From NCBI GenBank assembly GCA_963773895.1, contig CAVZDA010000009.1, positions 2,814,933 to 2,878,932 on the forward strand: DNA of 64,000 bases, read 5' to 3'. The DNA comes from an uncultured delta proteobacterium. Its GTDB lineage: Bacteria > Myxococcota_A > UBA9160. Within the stretch, counting starts at the first letter, position 1; each line of letters opens with the position of its first letter. The notes beneath the pieces were generated by a model that did no database searches, was not told the origin of the DNA, and saw only the letters and a program-made list of their open reading frames with translations. A program made the position numbers and the translations under genes. Shown here one piece after another: positions 1 through 10,707 of the stretch.

Positions 1-1066
<1,066 letters not shown>

Positions 1067-1182
1067 CCGCGCTCGCGAAATCGCGCGACCCGCGGCGACA
1101 TTTCGCGAGTTCCTGGCACGCGATCCGCGCATCAGCGAAGAAGACATCCGGTCAGTCGCGGGTTTCCCCGCGTGTGACACAT

Positions 1183-1198
1183 TGGCTCGGCGGTTGCA
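1183..1198 (+). promoter_or_regulatory. Candidate sigma-54 (-24/-12) promoter, TGGCTC-N5-TTGCA, about 50 nt upstream of the sulfatase start codon
   Basis: The sequence ttGGctcggcggtTGCAtc matches the consensus TGGCAC-N5-TTGCA with one mismatch and correct spacing. It lies immediately downstream of a bEBP gene. Confidence 0.45.
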
Positions 1199-1249
1199 TC
1201 AAACTCTCTCCAGCGGCGCAAGACGCGCCGCAACGCGAGGGGGAGCGCC

Positions 1250-2986
1250 GTGCAAGAATGCAATGCGTCGTGGTTCGAGCGCCTGACGGTGGGACTGCTC
1301 GTCGCCATCGGCTCCGTGGTCGCGCTCGGCGCTGGAAGCGAGGCGCAGGCGGCCGACGCGAAGAAGCCCAACATCCTCTTCATCATGGCCGACGACATCG
1401 GCTGGATGCAGCCGAGCATCTACCACCGCGGCCTGATGGTCGGCGAGACGCCCAACATCGATCGCATCGGCAACGAGGGCGCGATCTTCATGCACTACTA
1501 CGCCGAGCAGAGCTGCACCGCCGGCCGCAACGCCTTCTTCACCGGCATGCACCCGCTCCGCACCGGCATGATCCCGCCGCAGCTCCCCGGCAGCCCATCC
1601 TATCTGCGACCCGGCACCCCGGCGCTCGCGAAGTTCCTGATCGACCTCGGGTACACCACGGGCGAGTTCGGCAAGAACCACCTGGGCGACCACACCGACG
1701 CGCTGCCGACGGCGCACGGCTTCCAGGAGTTCTGGGGCTACCTGTACCACCTCGACGCGATGCAGGGGGTCAGCTTCCCCGACATCAACAAGACCCCGAC
1801 CGTGCAGGGCATCGCCCCGCCGTGCAAGAACACGCCCGTGCCCGGCCTCGCAGAGGTGCCCGGCGCCGTCGACCCGAAGACGACGACCTGTCTCACCCCG
1901 CCGCGCCCGGTGATCGCGTGCACGTCCTCCGACGGCACGGCGAAGAACCAGACGTGCAAGGACGAGGGCCCGCTGACGCTCGAGCGTTCGAAGACCGTGG
2001 ACGAGGAGATCTCGGCCAAGGTCGTCGACTTCCTGGATCGCAACGACCCGAAGAAGACCAACAAGCCATTCTTCGTCTGGTACAACCCGGCGCGCATGCA
2101 CATCACGACGGTGTTCTCGCCGAAGTACGAGGCCATGCTGGGCGAGAAGGGCGGCAAGGACTGGGGCATCAACGAAGTCGGCATGAAGCAGCTGGACGAC
2201 AACGTCGGCGTCGTGCTCAAGAAGCTCGAGGACATGGGCCAGCTCGACAATACGATCGTCGTCTTCACCACCGACAACGGCGCCGAGGTGATCACCTTCC
2301 CGGATGGCGGCACCACCCCGTTCAAGGGCGGCAAGCTGACGACGTGGGAAGGCGGCATGCGCGCGCCGCTGGTCGTGCGCTGGGCCGGCCACATCAAGCC
2401 GGGCACGGTCAAGAAGGAGATCTTCGCGTCCCTCGACTGGGTGCCGACGTTCGTCGACATCGCCGGCGGACCGAAGGGAGACGGGCTGAAGCAGGAGATC
2501 GAGGGCGGAAAGTATCCCGGCATCGTCAAGACCACCCTCGACGGCTTCGACCAGCGCGACTACCTCGAAGGCAAGACGGACAAGTCGGCGCGCGACGTCT
2601 TCTTCTACTACACCGGCCCGCTGCCCTCCGCAGTCCGGTACAAGAACTGGAAGTTCTACTACACGATGGTGCCCGCCACGGCCTTCGGCGGGCTGATGGG
2701 AGCCAACACGTATCACTGGACCCAGCTGCAGAACATCCTGCGCGATCCGTTCGAGGTGACCGTCGGCGCCGACAGCGGATCGATCACGGGTTACGGGGGC
2801 AACCTGGCCGGTCCCACCACCGCCTACATCTACAACTGGAACATCCTGCCGATCGGCCAACAGCTGTGGCTGAAGGAGCTCGAGTCCTATGTCGACTTCC
2901 CGCCGATGCAGGATCCCGCGAGCTACAACCTTTCGCAGGTCCTGGAACAGGTGAAGCAAGAAGGTCGACACAACCCGAGCGAATAG
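1250..2986 (+). CDS. Arylsulfatase with a signal peptide
   Basis: A GTG start follows a GGGGGAG RBS. The N-terminus carries a signal peptide (LLVAIGSVVALGAGSEAQAAD). The sulfatase N-terminal signature is present: NILFIMADDIGW, SCTAGRNAFFTGMHP (the formylglycine motif, with Ala in place of Pro) and GKNHLGD. Confidence 0.85.
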   Translation: MQECNASWFERLTVGLLVAIGSVVALGAGSEAQAADAKKPNILFIMADDIGWMQPSIYHRGLMVGETPNIDRIGNEGAIFMHYYAEQSCTAGRNAFFTGMHPLRTGMIPPQLPGSPSYLRPGTPALAKFLIDLGYTTGEFGKNHLGDHTDALPTAHGFQEFWGYLYHLDAMQGVSFPDINKTPTVQGIAPPCKNTPVPGLAEVPGAVDPKTTTCLTPPRPVIACTSSDGTAKNQTCKDEGPLTLERSKTVDEEISAKVVDFLDRNDPKKTNKPFFVWYNPARMHITTVFSPKYEAMLGEKGGKDWGINEVGMKQLDDNVGVVLKKLEDMGQLDNTIVVFTTDNGAEVITFPDGGTTPFKGGKLTTWEGGMRAPLVVRWAGHIKPGTVKKEIFASLDWVPTFVDIAGGPKGDGLKQEIEGGKYPGIVKTTLDGFDQRDYLEGKTDKSARDVFFYYTGPLPSAVRYKNWKFYYTMVPATAFGGLMGANTYHWTQLQNILRDPFEVTVGADSGSITGYGGNLAGPTTAYIYNWNILPIGQQLWLKELESYVDFPPMQDPASYNLSQVLEQVKQEGRHNPSE

Positions 2987-3104
2987 GAATGGAAGAGCCA
3001 CGGGGCAGCTGACCAGCCCGCGCTGACGAGATAGGCAGCTTCCGGCGCGCGAACGAGAGTTTTCTTGCACAAAGGCCTCGGCTTGTGGTTGTGTACGCGC
3101 CGAA

Positions 3105-3779
3105 GTGGCCAACCAGCCCGTCTCCGACACCTCGCTCGTCGCCTGCCTCCACTGCGACCTGCTCCAGCGCCTGCCCGATCTGCCGCCGGGCGCGTCGGCG
3201 CGCTGTCCCCGGTGTGACAAGGAGCTGTGGCGGCGGCGCGAGGACTCGCTCGACCGGACGCTGGCGCTCACGCTCGCGGCCGCGGTGCTCTACCTGGTGG
3301 CGAACACGGTCCCCATGCTGGGCCTCCAGGCCGTCGGCCGTCAGGCCTCCACCACGGTCGTCGGCGGCGCGGACCAGCTCTGGAAGGACGGGCAGCAGCT
3401 CGTGGCGGGGCTGGTGCTGCTCACGGCGGTGGTGGCGCCGGCGCTCCAGATCTCGTTCCTGCTGGCGATCGTGCTCGGAGCGCGCCGGCCGACGCCGCAG
3501 GCGTGGGTCGGGATCCTCCTCCGGCACCATCCGACGACGCGGACGTGGAGCATGATCGAGGTCATGCTGCTCGGCGTGCTGGTGGCCCTTACGAAGATCG
3601 CGGACTACGCGACCGTGATTCCCGGTACGGCGCTCTTCGTGCTCGTCGCCCTCGTGTTCCTGCTCGCCGGCATGCAGTCCGCGTTCGATCCGCGGGAGGT
3701 CTGGCAGCGGATCGCGTGGGCGGAGCCGGAGGCGCAGCGCGCTCCCGCCGGCGACCCGCTCGTCGAGGGCGCCTCGTGA
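3105..3779 (+). CDS. pqiA: PqiA-family integral membrane protein, first half (single PqiA domain preceded by an N-terminal CxxC...CxxC zinc ribbon)
   Basis: The N-terminus has the Cys pairs CLHCDLL...CPRCDK. Hydrophobic TM segments follow, typical of paraquat-inducible protein A. It precedes a second PqiA-domain gene and pqiB, and starts with GTG. Confidence 0.7.
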   Translation: MANQPVSDTSLVACLHCDLLQRLPDLPPGASARCPRCDKELWRRREDSLDRTLALTLAAAVLYLVANTVPMLGLQAVGRQASTTVVGGADQLWKDGQQLVAGLVLLTAVVAPALQISFLLAIVLGARRPTPQAWVGILLRHHPTTRTWSMIEVMLLGVLVALTKIADYATVIPGTALFVLVALVFLLAGMQSAFDPREVWQRIAWAEPEAQRAPAGDPLVEGAS

Positions 3780-4417
3780 GCGCCGCGGCGCCGACGGCCC
3801 TGCAGTACGGCCTGCAGAACTGCGAGGTGTGCGGGCTGCTCTCGCGTCCGGAGCGGGGCGAGTCGGAGGGCCGCTGCCCGCGCTGCGACGAGGAGCTCAC
3901 GTTCCGCAAGCCCGGCAGCTTCCAACGCACCTGGGCGTACCTGATCGCGGCGGCGATCTGCTACGTGCCGGCCAACGTCCTCCCCGTGCTCACGACGACC
4001 ACGGCCGCGGGGGCGGAGTCCGACACGATCCTGCAGGGGGTGGTGCTGCTCTGGTCGCCGACGGGTTGGCCGCTGTCGCTCATCGTGCTGATCGCGAGCA
4101 TCATGATCCCCAGCGCGAAGATCCTCGCCCTCGGGTACCTGCTCGTGACGGCGCAGCGCGGCTCGGCGCGGAGCGACGCGCAGCGCATCAAGCTCTACCG
4201 CAGCGTGCACTTCATCGGACGCTGGTCGATGGTCGACGTGTTCGTCGACACGTTCACCGCCGCGCTCGTCCAGCTCCAGCCGCTGATGTCGGTGCAGCCC
4301 GCGCCCGGCCTGCTCTTCTTCGCGGCGGTGGTGGTCCTCACCATGCTCGCGGTCGAGTCCTTCGATCCGCGTCTGATCTGGGATTCCTCGACCGCGGGAG
4401 AGGTTCGACATGCCTGA
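3776..4417 (+). CDS. pqiA: PqiA-family integral membrane protein, second half (single PqiA domain with its own zinc ribbon)
   Basis: The GTG start overlaps the stop of the upstream gene (GTGA). The sequence CEVCGLL...CPRCDEEL is followed by TM helices, with a conserved RWSMVDVFVD segment. Confidence 0.7.
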   Translation: MSAAAPTALQYGLQNCEVCGLLSRPERGESEGRCPRCDEELTFRKPGSFQRTWAYLIAAAICYVPANVLPVLTTTTAAGAESDTILQGVVLLWSPTGWPLSLIVLIASIMIPSAKILALGYLLVTAQRGSARSDAQRIKLYRSVHFIGRWSMVDVFVDTFTAALVQLQPLMSVQPAPGLLFFAAVVVLTMLAVESFDPRLIWDSSTAGEVRHA

Positions 4418-5978
4418 CCACGATTCACGGCTCCCTTCCGTTCCGGAGTCGAAGGCCGTTCCGAAGAAGCAGACGCGGCTCTCGCTCGTCTGGGTGATCC
4501 CGATCCTCGCGGCCCTCGTCGGCGCCTGGGTCGCCGTGACGCGAATCCTCGCCGAGGGGCCGGAGATCACGATCACCTTCGAGACCGCGGAGGGGCTCGA
4601 GGCGGGCAAGACCAAGATCGAGTTCACCGGCGTCGAGGTCGGGACGGTCAAGACGGTGCGCCTCTCCGAGGACCACGAGCACGTGATCGTCACCGCCCAG
4701 ATGGCCCCGAAGACGGAGAATTTCCTGGTGGACGACACCCACTTCTGGGTGGTCCGACCGCGGATCTCCGGCGCGAACGTCTCCGGCCTCGGCACGCTCA
4801 TCTCGGGCGCCTACATCGGCATGGAGATCGGGAAGAGCCCGAACAAGCGACGCGACTTCGTGGCGCTCGAGAACCCTCCCGTCGTGGCGAGCGATGCGCC
4901 GGGCCGCTTCTTCGTGCTGAAGACACCGACGCTCGGGTCGCTCGACGTGGGCACGCCGCTCTTCTTCCGCCGCCTCGAGGTGGGCCAGGTCACCAAGTAC
5001 GGGCTCGACGAGGACGGGCAGGCCCTCAGCGTCCAGGTGTTCGTGAAGGCGCCGTACGACCAGTACGTGAACCCGGACACGCGGTTCTGGAACGCGAGCG
5101 GGATCGACGTCTCGCTCTCGGCGAACGGGCTCTCGGTGCAGACCCAGTCGCTCCTCTCCATCCTCGTCGGCGGCATCGCGTTCGAGACGCCGTCGACGGG
5201 CCCGGTCCTGCCGCCGGCCGAGCCCGACAGGGTCTTCCGGCTCGCGACCGACCGGGCCGACGCGTTCCGGCCGGCCGCGCACGACCCGCAGACCTACCTC
5301 CTGGTCTTCAAGGGCTCGGTTCGGGGGCTCGCCCCCGGCGCCCCCGTGGAGTTCCGGGGGATTCCGATCGGCGAGGTGGTGGAAGTGCGTGGCGAGATCG
5401 ACGTCAAGACCTTCCAGTTCTCCGCGCCCGTCCTCGTTCGTATCGAGCCCCAACGCTTCGGCGCGAAGGTCGTCGACCTTCCGCCGGGCACCGACCTCGA
5501 GAGCATGCGCCACAAGCTCATCGACGAGCTGGTGGCGCACGGGGTGCGCGCGCGGCTCGAGACGGGAAGCCTGCTCACGGGCGCGCTCTTCGTGGCGTTC
5601 GACTTCGTGCCCGATGCGCCGCGGGCGAGCGTGGACTGGTCGCAGAAGCCGGCGCAGCTGCCGACGGTCCCCGGCGAGATCCAGGCGCTCGAGGACAAGC
5701 TCGGCAGCGTCGTCAAGAAGATCGAGCAGATCGACTTCAAGGGCATCGGCGACGACCTCAAGAAGACGATCAACAATCTCGATGCGACGCTGACGAGCGC
5801 GCGCGGGACGCTCGACAACGCCGACAAGCTCATCGCGCCGGACTCCGTGCTGGGAGCGGAGCTGGGGAGCACGCTCCAGGAGGTGAACCGCGCCGCGCGC
5901 GCCCTGCGCGTGCTCGCGGACTACCTCGAGCGCCATCCCGAATCACTCATTCGCGGCAAGGAAGGGGACTCGAAGTGA
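4410..5978 (+). CDS. pqiB: PqiB-like protein of the MCE (mammalian cell entry) family with multiple MCE domains
   Basis: It has an N-terminal TM anchor (LSLVWVIPILAALVGAWVAV). Repeated MCE-domain blocks follow (GLEAGKTKIEFTGVEVGTV, FRRLEVGQV and similar). It overlaps the end of the upstream pqiA-like gene. Confidence 0.8.
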   Translation: MPDHDSRLPSVPESKAVPKKQTRLSLVWVIPILAALVGAWVAVTRILAEGPEITITFETAEGLEAGKTKIEFTGVEVGTVKTVRLSEDHEHVIVTAQMAPKTENFLVDDTHFWVVRPRISGANVSGLGTLISGAYIGMEIGKSPNKRRDFVALENPPVVASDAPGRFFVLKTPTLGSLDVGTPLFFRRLEVGQVTKYGLDEDGQALSVQVFVKAPYDQYVNPDTRFWNASGIDVSLSANGLSVQTQSLLSILVGGIAFETPSTGPVLPPAEPDRVFRLATDRADAFRPAAHDPQTYLLVFKGSVRGLAPGAPVEFRGIPIGEVVEVRGEIDVKTFQFSAPVLVRIEPQRFGAKVVDLPPGTDLESMRHKLIDELVAHGVRARLETGSLLTGALFVAFDFVPDAPRASVDWSQKPAQLPTVPGEIQALEDKLGSVVKKIEQIDFKGIGDDLKKTINNLDATLTSARGTLDNADKLIAPDSVLGAELGSTLQEVNRAARALRVLADYLERHPESLIRGKEGDSK

Positions 5979-6619
5979 AAGGCTGGCGTGTCGCAATCTG
6001 GCTCTGGGCCGCGGTCGCGCCGGCCCTGGCGACGGGCTGCGGGAGCACCGCACCGTCACGCTTCTACACCCTCGGTTCCACTGCCACGGCCGCCGACGCC
6101 GGGGGCGGCTCGGCTGGAGCGTACAGCGTCATCGTGGGCCCGGTGGCGATCCCGGCGTCCGTCGACCGGTCCGAGCTGGTGGTCCAGACCGCGCCGAACC
6201 GCGTCGACGTCGACGAGTTCAACCGCTGGGCGTCGCCGCTGGCCGACAGCATCGCGCGTACCGTCGCCGGCGACCTGGCGGTGATGCTCGGAACGCCGAG
6301 CGTCGCGGTGGCGCCGCTCGCGAACTTCGATCCCGACTACCGGGTGACGATCGACGTGCAGCGCTTCGACTCGATCCAGGGCGAAGCGGCGCTCGTCGAG
6401 GCGGTGTGGGTCGTCCGCTCGACCGCCAGCGGGACGACGCGGGCGGGCCGGACCGTGGCGCGCGAGGCGCTGGCCAGCTCCGACTTCGACGCGTTCGCCG
6501 CCGCGCACAGCCGCGCCCTGGCCCAGGTGAGCCGGGACATCGCGGCGGCGATCCGTTCCGTCGCGGACGCGCAGAAGAGCGCGCCTCCGCTCCGTCAGGG
6601 CGCGGGCACCACCCGGTAG
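5975..6619 (+). CDS. pqiC: PqiC/YmbA-like lipoprotein (ABC-type transport auxiliary component)
   Basis: There is a lipobox (ALATGC). Its size and position immediately after pqiB, overlapping by 4 nt, fit the third gene of a pqiABC operon. Confidence 0.6.
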   Translation: MKGWRVAIWLWAAVAPALATGCGSTAPSRFYTLGSTATAADAGGGSAGAYSVIVGPVAIPASVDRSELVVQTAPNRVDVDEFNRWASPLADSIARTVAGDLAVMLGTPSVAVAPLANFDPDYRVTIDVQRFDSIQGEAALVEAVWVVRSTASGTTRAGRTVAREALASSDFDAFAAAHSRALAQVSRDIAAAIRSVADAQKSAPPLRQGAGTTR

Positions 6620-6684
6620 TAGACGCCGTTCGCGCCGTAGAGTGTCGGCAGAAGGCTCGTCCGGGTGGCGCGAAAAGACAAGCG

Positions 6685-6717
6685 GGCCGGCGGACGATTC
6701 GTGATCGTCCGACCGGC
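6685..6717 (+). terminator. Hairpin (terminator-like) downstream of the pqi operon
   Basis: The inverted repeat gccgg-cggacgat-tcgtg-atcgtccg-a-ccggc forms a stem of about 13 bp with a 5-nt loop. No strong U-tract follows. Confidence 0.3.
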
Positions 6718-6759
6718 GTTCTCAGTCCGTCACCACCATCCATCCCGGAGGGCTCGCAC

Positions 6760-7098
6760 ATGCTCGGCAGGATCCAGCAGGCCACGGTCGCCTTGGGCGT
6801 CGGCATCGCCATCTTCGTCACCGGCTGCGCGATGGAGTTCAAGAAGGAGGAGGCGGGGGCGAAGCAGATGCCCGTGAACTGCAGCACGGCACGGGGCGAT
6901 CTGCGGGTCCTGCAGAGCGAGAAGGCCAACGTCGTCGAGCGGATCGGGATGGGCGTCACGATGATCTATCCCGCCAGCGCCGTCCTCAGCATCCTGACGG
7001 GCGTCGAGGACACGAAGTACCAGGTGGCGACGAACGAGTACAACGACGCGATCGACAAGAAGATCGCGCAGATCAAGAGCACCTGCGGGATCCAGTGA
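6760..7098 (+). CDS. Small lipoprotein, hypothetical
   Basis: An ATG follows a GGAGGG RBS. There is a signal peptide plus a lipobox (FVTGC). The remaining sequence is charged and coiled. Confidence 0.5.
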   Translation: MLGRIQQATVALGVGIAIFVTGCAMEFKKEEAGAKQMPVNCSTARGDLRVLQSEKANVVERIGMGVTMIYPASAVLSILTGVEDTKYQVATNEYNDAIDKKIAQIKSTCGIQ

Positions 7099-7166
7099 CG
7101 CTGCTGCGTGCCGCGCGTCTGCGAGACTCCGGGCTCGCGATCCATCGAGAGAGGAACCGAGACGCC

Positions 7167-8600
7167 ATGACGGCGCTGAGACTCACGACCGCCCTGCTTG
7201 CCGCCGCCTGGCTGGCCGCTTGCGCCTCGGGCACCGCGCGTGAAGCCGAAGGCGGCGCAGCCGCACCGCTCAGCGAGGCCGAGGCTCTCGACGTCGCGAC
7301 GCAGGCCTACATCTACGGGTACCCCCTCGTCACCATGGACATGACGCGGCGGGTGATGACGAACGTGGTCGAGCCCGAGGACGACCACGCGCCGATGGGC
7401 CGGTTCCACAACTCGGCGACGTACCCGAACGCGCAGTTCCGCGACGTCACGGCCCCGAACGCCGACACGCTCTACTCGACCGCATGGCTCGATCTCTCGA
7501 AGGAGCCCTACGTCCTCTCCCTGCCCGACGAGAGCGGCCGCTACTACCTGATGCCGATGCTCGACGGGTGGACCACGGTCTTCCAGGTTCCGGGCAAGCG
7601 CACCACGGGCACGAAGGCCCAGAAGTACCTGATCACGGGTCCCCACTGGAAGGGCACCGTTCCCAAGGGCCTCACCGAGTACAAGTCGCCGACGGCGATG
7701 GTGTGGATCCTCGGGCGCACCTACTGCACCGGCACGCCGGCGGACTACAAGGCCGTGCACGCACTCCAGGCGAAGTACGCGCTCGTTCCGCTGAGCGCGT
7801 ACGGCAAGCGCTACACGCCGCCGTCGGGCACGGTGGACCCGAGCATCGACGAGAAGACCCCCGTGCGCGATCAGGTGAACCGGATGGACGGCGCAGCGTA
7901 CTTCGAGCGGCTCGCGAAGCTGCTGAAGGACAACCCGCCCGTAGCCGCCGACGCGCCGGTGGTGGCCACGATGGCGAGGATCGGTCTCGTGCCCGGCCGC
8001 GATTTCGACGCCACGAAGCTCGATCCGGACGTGCGGCGCGGCATCGATCGCGCCCCCAGGGCCGCCATCGACGAGATCATGGGGCACGAGCGTGACAGCG
8101 GGAAGATCGAGAACGGCTGGGTCGTCACGACCGACACGGGCATCTACGGCACGAGTTATCTCCAACGCGCATTCGTCACCGCGATCGGCCTCGGCGCCAA
8201 TCGGCCCCAGGATGCGGTCTATCCGATGACCACCGTGGACAGCGAAGGCAAGAAGCTGAGCGGCGCGAACGAGTACGTGATGCACTTCGCCAAGGGCGAG
8301 CTGCCGCCGGTGAAGGGCTTCTGGTCGCTCACGATGTACGACGCCCAGTACTTCTTCGTCGACAACCCGCTCAACCGCTACACGCTCTCGCCGCGGGACA
8401 GGCTCTCGAAGAACAAGGACGGCTCGATCGACCTCTACCTGCAGCACGAGTCGCCGGGCGGAGCGAAGGAGGCGAACTGGCTGCCCGCCCCGGCCGGAGA
8501 CTTCGCGCTGATGCTCCGTCTCTACTGGCCCGTCGAGCCGCCGAAGCCGTCGATCCTCGACGGCACGTGGAAGCCGCCCGCAGTAGACCCGGCCAGATGA
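7167..8600 (+). CDS. DUF1254/DUF1214 family lipoprotein, hypothetical
   Basis: The N-terminus is a lipoprotein signal (LLAAAWLAACASG). Motifs typical of the DUF1254 N-terminus (YIYGYPLVTMD, TAWLDLSKEPYVLSLPD) and the DUF1214 C-terminus (ANWLPAPAGDFALMLRLYWP) are present. Confidence 0.6.
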   Translation: MTALRLTTALLAAAWLAACASGTAREAEGGAAAPLSEAEALDVATQAYIYGYPLVTMDMTRRVMTNVVEPEDDHAPMGRFHNSATYPNAQFRDVTAPNADTLYSTAWLDLSKEPYVLSLPDESGRYYLMPMLDGWTTVFQVPGKRTTGTKAQKYLITGPHWKGTVPKGLTEYKSPTAMVWILGRTYCTGTPADYKAVHALQAKYALVPLSAYGKRYTPPSGTVDPSIDEKTPVRDQVNRMDGAAYFERLAKLLKDNPPVAADAPVVATMARIGLVPGRDFDATKLDPDVRRGIDRAPRAAIDEIMGHERDSGKIENGWVVTTDTGIYGTSYLQRAFVTAIGLGANRPQDAVYPMTTVDSEGKKLSGANEYVMHFAKGELPPVKGFWSLTMYDAQYFFVDNPLNRYTLSPRDRLSKNKDGSIDLYLQHESPGGAKEANWLPAPAGDFALMLRLYWPVEPPKPSILDGTWKPPAVDPAR

Positions 8601-8618
8601 ACCCCGCGAGGTGACTCG

Positions 8619-9521
8619 ATGAGAATGCGATCGATCGCAGCGCTGTCGTGCCTGCTGTCCGTCCTGACCATGGCTCCGGCACGGGCAGCGGAAGACTCTG
8701 CGACGAGCGAAGCGGCGACGGACGATGACACGAAGGCGTCGCTCACCGAGATCAACAAGAAGCTGTCGAACCCGGTGAGCTCGATCTGGTCGCTCACGTT
8801 CCAGTACAACAACTTCCGCATCACGCCGGGAATGGACGACACGCAGCGGTGGAGCTCGAACCTCCTGTTCCAGCCCGTGCTGCCGATCGCGCTCACGCCG
8901 GACTGGAACCTGATCACGCGACCGGTGATCCCGACCTTCGTGTCCACGCCGCGGCCCGACGTGAACTCGCCGGGTCTCGAGCGCACGATGGCGTTCGGGG
9001 ACATCATCCTGGCGCAGTTTCTCTCGCCGAGTCCGAAGCTCGCGGGGAACTGGCTGCTCGGGCTCGGGCCGACCTGGATCCTCCCCACGGCCACGTCGAT
9101 CTGGACGGGACAGAAGAAGTGGCAGGTCGGCCCTGCTGCCATCGTCGGCTACCTCTCGGAGAAGTTCATCGTAGGCGCGCTGTTCCAGGACTGGTGGTCC
9201 TTCGGCGGGTCCGGACAGGCGCGCGCGGCCTCGATGAACCTCCAGCCGATCGCCTCGTACTTCCTCGCGGACGGCTGGAGCGTCGGCTACTCCGGCAGCA
9301 TCCTCGCCGACTGGAAGAACTCCGCGACGAACGTCTACACCGTCCCGATCGGGGTGGCCGTCGCCAAGGTCCAGAAGATGGGACCGCTGCCGGTCCGCTT
9401 CTCCCTGGGCCTCCAGTGGATGCCCGTGCATCCCCGGGATTTCGGACAGGTGTGGAACGTGCAGCTGATCGTCGCCCCGGTGATCCCGAAGCTCTACAAG
9501 GGCAACCTGATCAGCGACTGA
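8619..9521 (+). CDS. Putative outer-membrane beta-barrel protein (MetA-pathway / transporter-like family)
   Basis: There is a signal peptide (ALSCLLSVLTMAPARA). Amphipathic beta strands alternate throughout, and the C-terminus is aromatic. Confidence 0.4.
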   Translation: MRMRSIAALSCLLSVLTMAPARAAEDSATSEAATDDDTKASLTEINKKLSNPVSSIWSLTFQYNNFRITPGMDDTQRWSSNLLFQPVLPIALTPDWNLITRPVIPTFVSTPRPDVNSPGLERTMAFGDIILAQFLSPSPKLAGNWLLGLGPTWILPTATSIWTGQKKWQVGPAAIVGYLSEKFIVGALFQDWWSFGGSGQARAASMNLQPIASYFLADGWSVGYSGSILADWKNSATNVYTVPIGVAVAKVQKMGPLPVRFSLGLQWMPVHPRDFGQVWNVQLIVAPVIPKLYKGNLISD

Positions 9522-10551
9522 CGCGCTCCAGCCGGACGCCCTGCCACTCTCCGTTCGCCTTCCGGCGGAAGTCCCGCGGAGAGAGGCCCGTCCAGCGATG
9601 GAAGGCGTGGGTGAAGTTCGCGAGATCGGAGTAGCCGAGCTCGATCGCGACGTCGGTGATCTTCGCGCCGCGATCGGCGAGGAGGGCGACCGCGCGGCTG
9701 TAGCGCTCCTGCTCGACCAGCTGCGAGTAGCTCTGCTCGCCCTGCGCCAGACGGCGCTGGAGCGTCCGCACGGTGAGACCGACGGCGCTCGCGGTGGTCT
9801 CGATGTCGGGGTACCGGCCGAGCATCAGCGTCGCAACCACCTGTCGCATCGATCCCGGGAAGTCCATCGCCGGCGCCGACGCCAGCAGCTGCCGCTCGAG
9901 CTCAGCGCGCGTCGGGATGGCCGCTGCGACGCCGGGCATGCGGTGACCGAGGAGCCGGCGCGGGATGCCCACGGCGTTGGAGGCGCACCCGAGGCGCACG
10001 CGTGCGTTCGCGACGAGGCCGACGTCCTCCAGGCCCCGCGCGTGCGACGCCGTGAGGTGGAGGACGACGGGCGGGGGCTCACGCGTCGCGAGCCGGACGA
10101 TCTGGACCAGGAGGGCGATGGAGAACTGCTCGCCGTCGCTCCGCGCCACGCCGAGGCGCCGGTCGTGCACGTGGTGCAGCCAGAGCTGATCGCTGGCGGA
10201 GCTGAGCCAGAGCCGGCCTCCGGAGGCGAAGAGCGGATGGAGACACACCGCCGTGTGGAGTGCGTCGCGCAACGTCGCCGAAGCGAGGATGGCCAACCCG
10301 AAGGCGCCGAGCGACTCGATCGAGGTCCTCTCGCCCACCCGAAGTCCGATGTGCTCGATCCCGAGGTCGCGCCGGGCGGAATCGACGATGCGGAGCGCCT
10401 GGTGCGCCGGGACGAGGAGCGTCGGCCGCTCGAGGACGGCGACGGGCAGCCCGGCGTCTTCCAGCAGCCGCCGCGCGGAGACGCCGAGCTGCTCGAGGAA
10501 CGCAAGGAACGGGAGGAGACTGCTCGCCCGGAACAGGGGGACGCCCTTCAA
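9511..10551 (-). CDS. AraC-family transcriptional regulator
   Basis: The C-terminus has an AraC-type HTH (ITDVAIELGYSDLANFTHAFHRWTGLSPRDFRR). Confidence 0.8.
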   Translation of the reverse strand: MKGVPLFRASSLLPFLAFLEQLGVSARRLLEDAGLPVAVLERPTLLVPAHQALRIVDSARRDLGIEHIGLRVGERTSIESLGAFGLAILASATLRDALHTAVCLHPLFASGGRLWLSSASDQLWLHHVHDRRLGVARSDGEQFSIALLVQIVRLATREPPPVVLHLTASHARGLEDVGLVANARVRLGCASNAVGIPRRLLGHRMPGVAAAIPTRAELERQLLASAPAMDFPGSMRQVVATLMLGRYPDIETTASAVGLTVRTLQRRLAQGEQSYSQLVEQERYSRAVALLADRGAKITDVAIELGYSDLANFTHAFHRWTGLSPRDFRRKANGEWQGVRLERVSR

Positions 10552-10707
10552 GCCGGAAGCCCCTCCGTTCCTGCCGCCCCGGCCCCGGGGTGGCGCGAAA
10601 ACACAAGGGCATACTAGCCCGCGCGGCTAGGCTTCGGGTGAAGACCTGGAGGAGAAATCAGCGGACGCCCCCGGCGAAGGCGGGCGGCGCGGCCGCTCGG
10701 GGGGACG

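Noticed and set aside
3227-4417. A 396-aa alternative-frame ORF spanning both pqiA halves
   Set aside because: Its translation is Arg/Gly-rich and has no TM helices. The two in-frame PqiA-domain ORFs explain the region.
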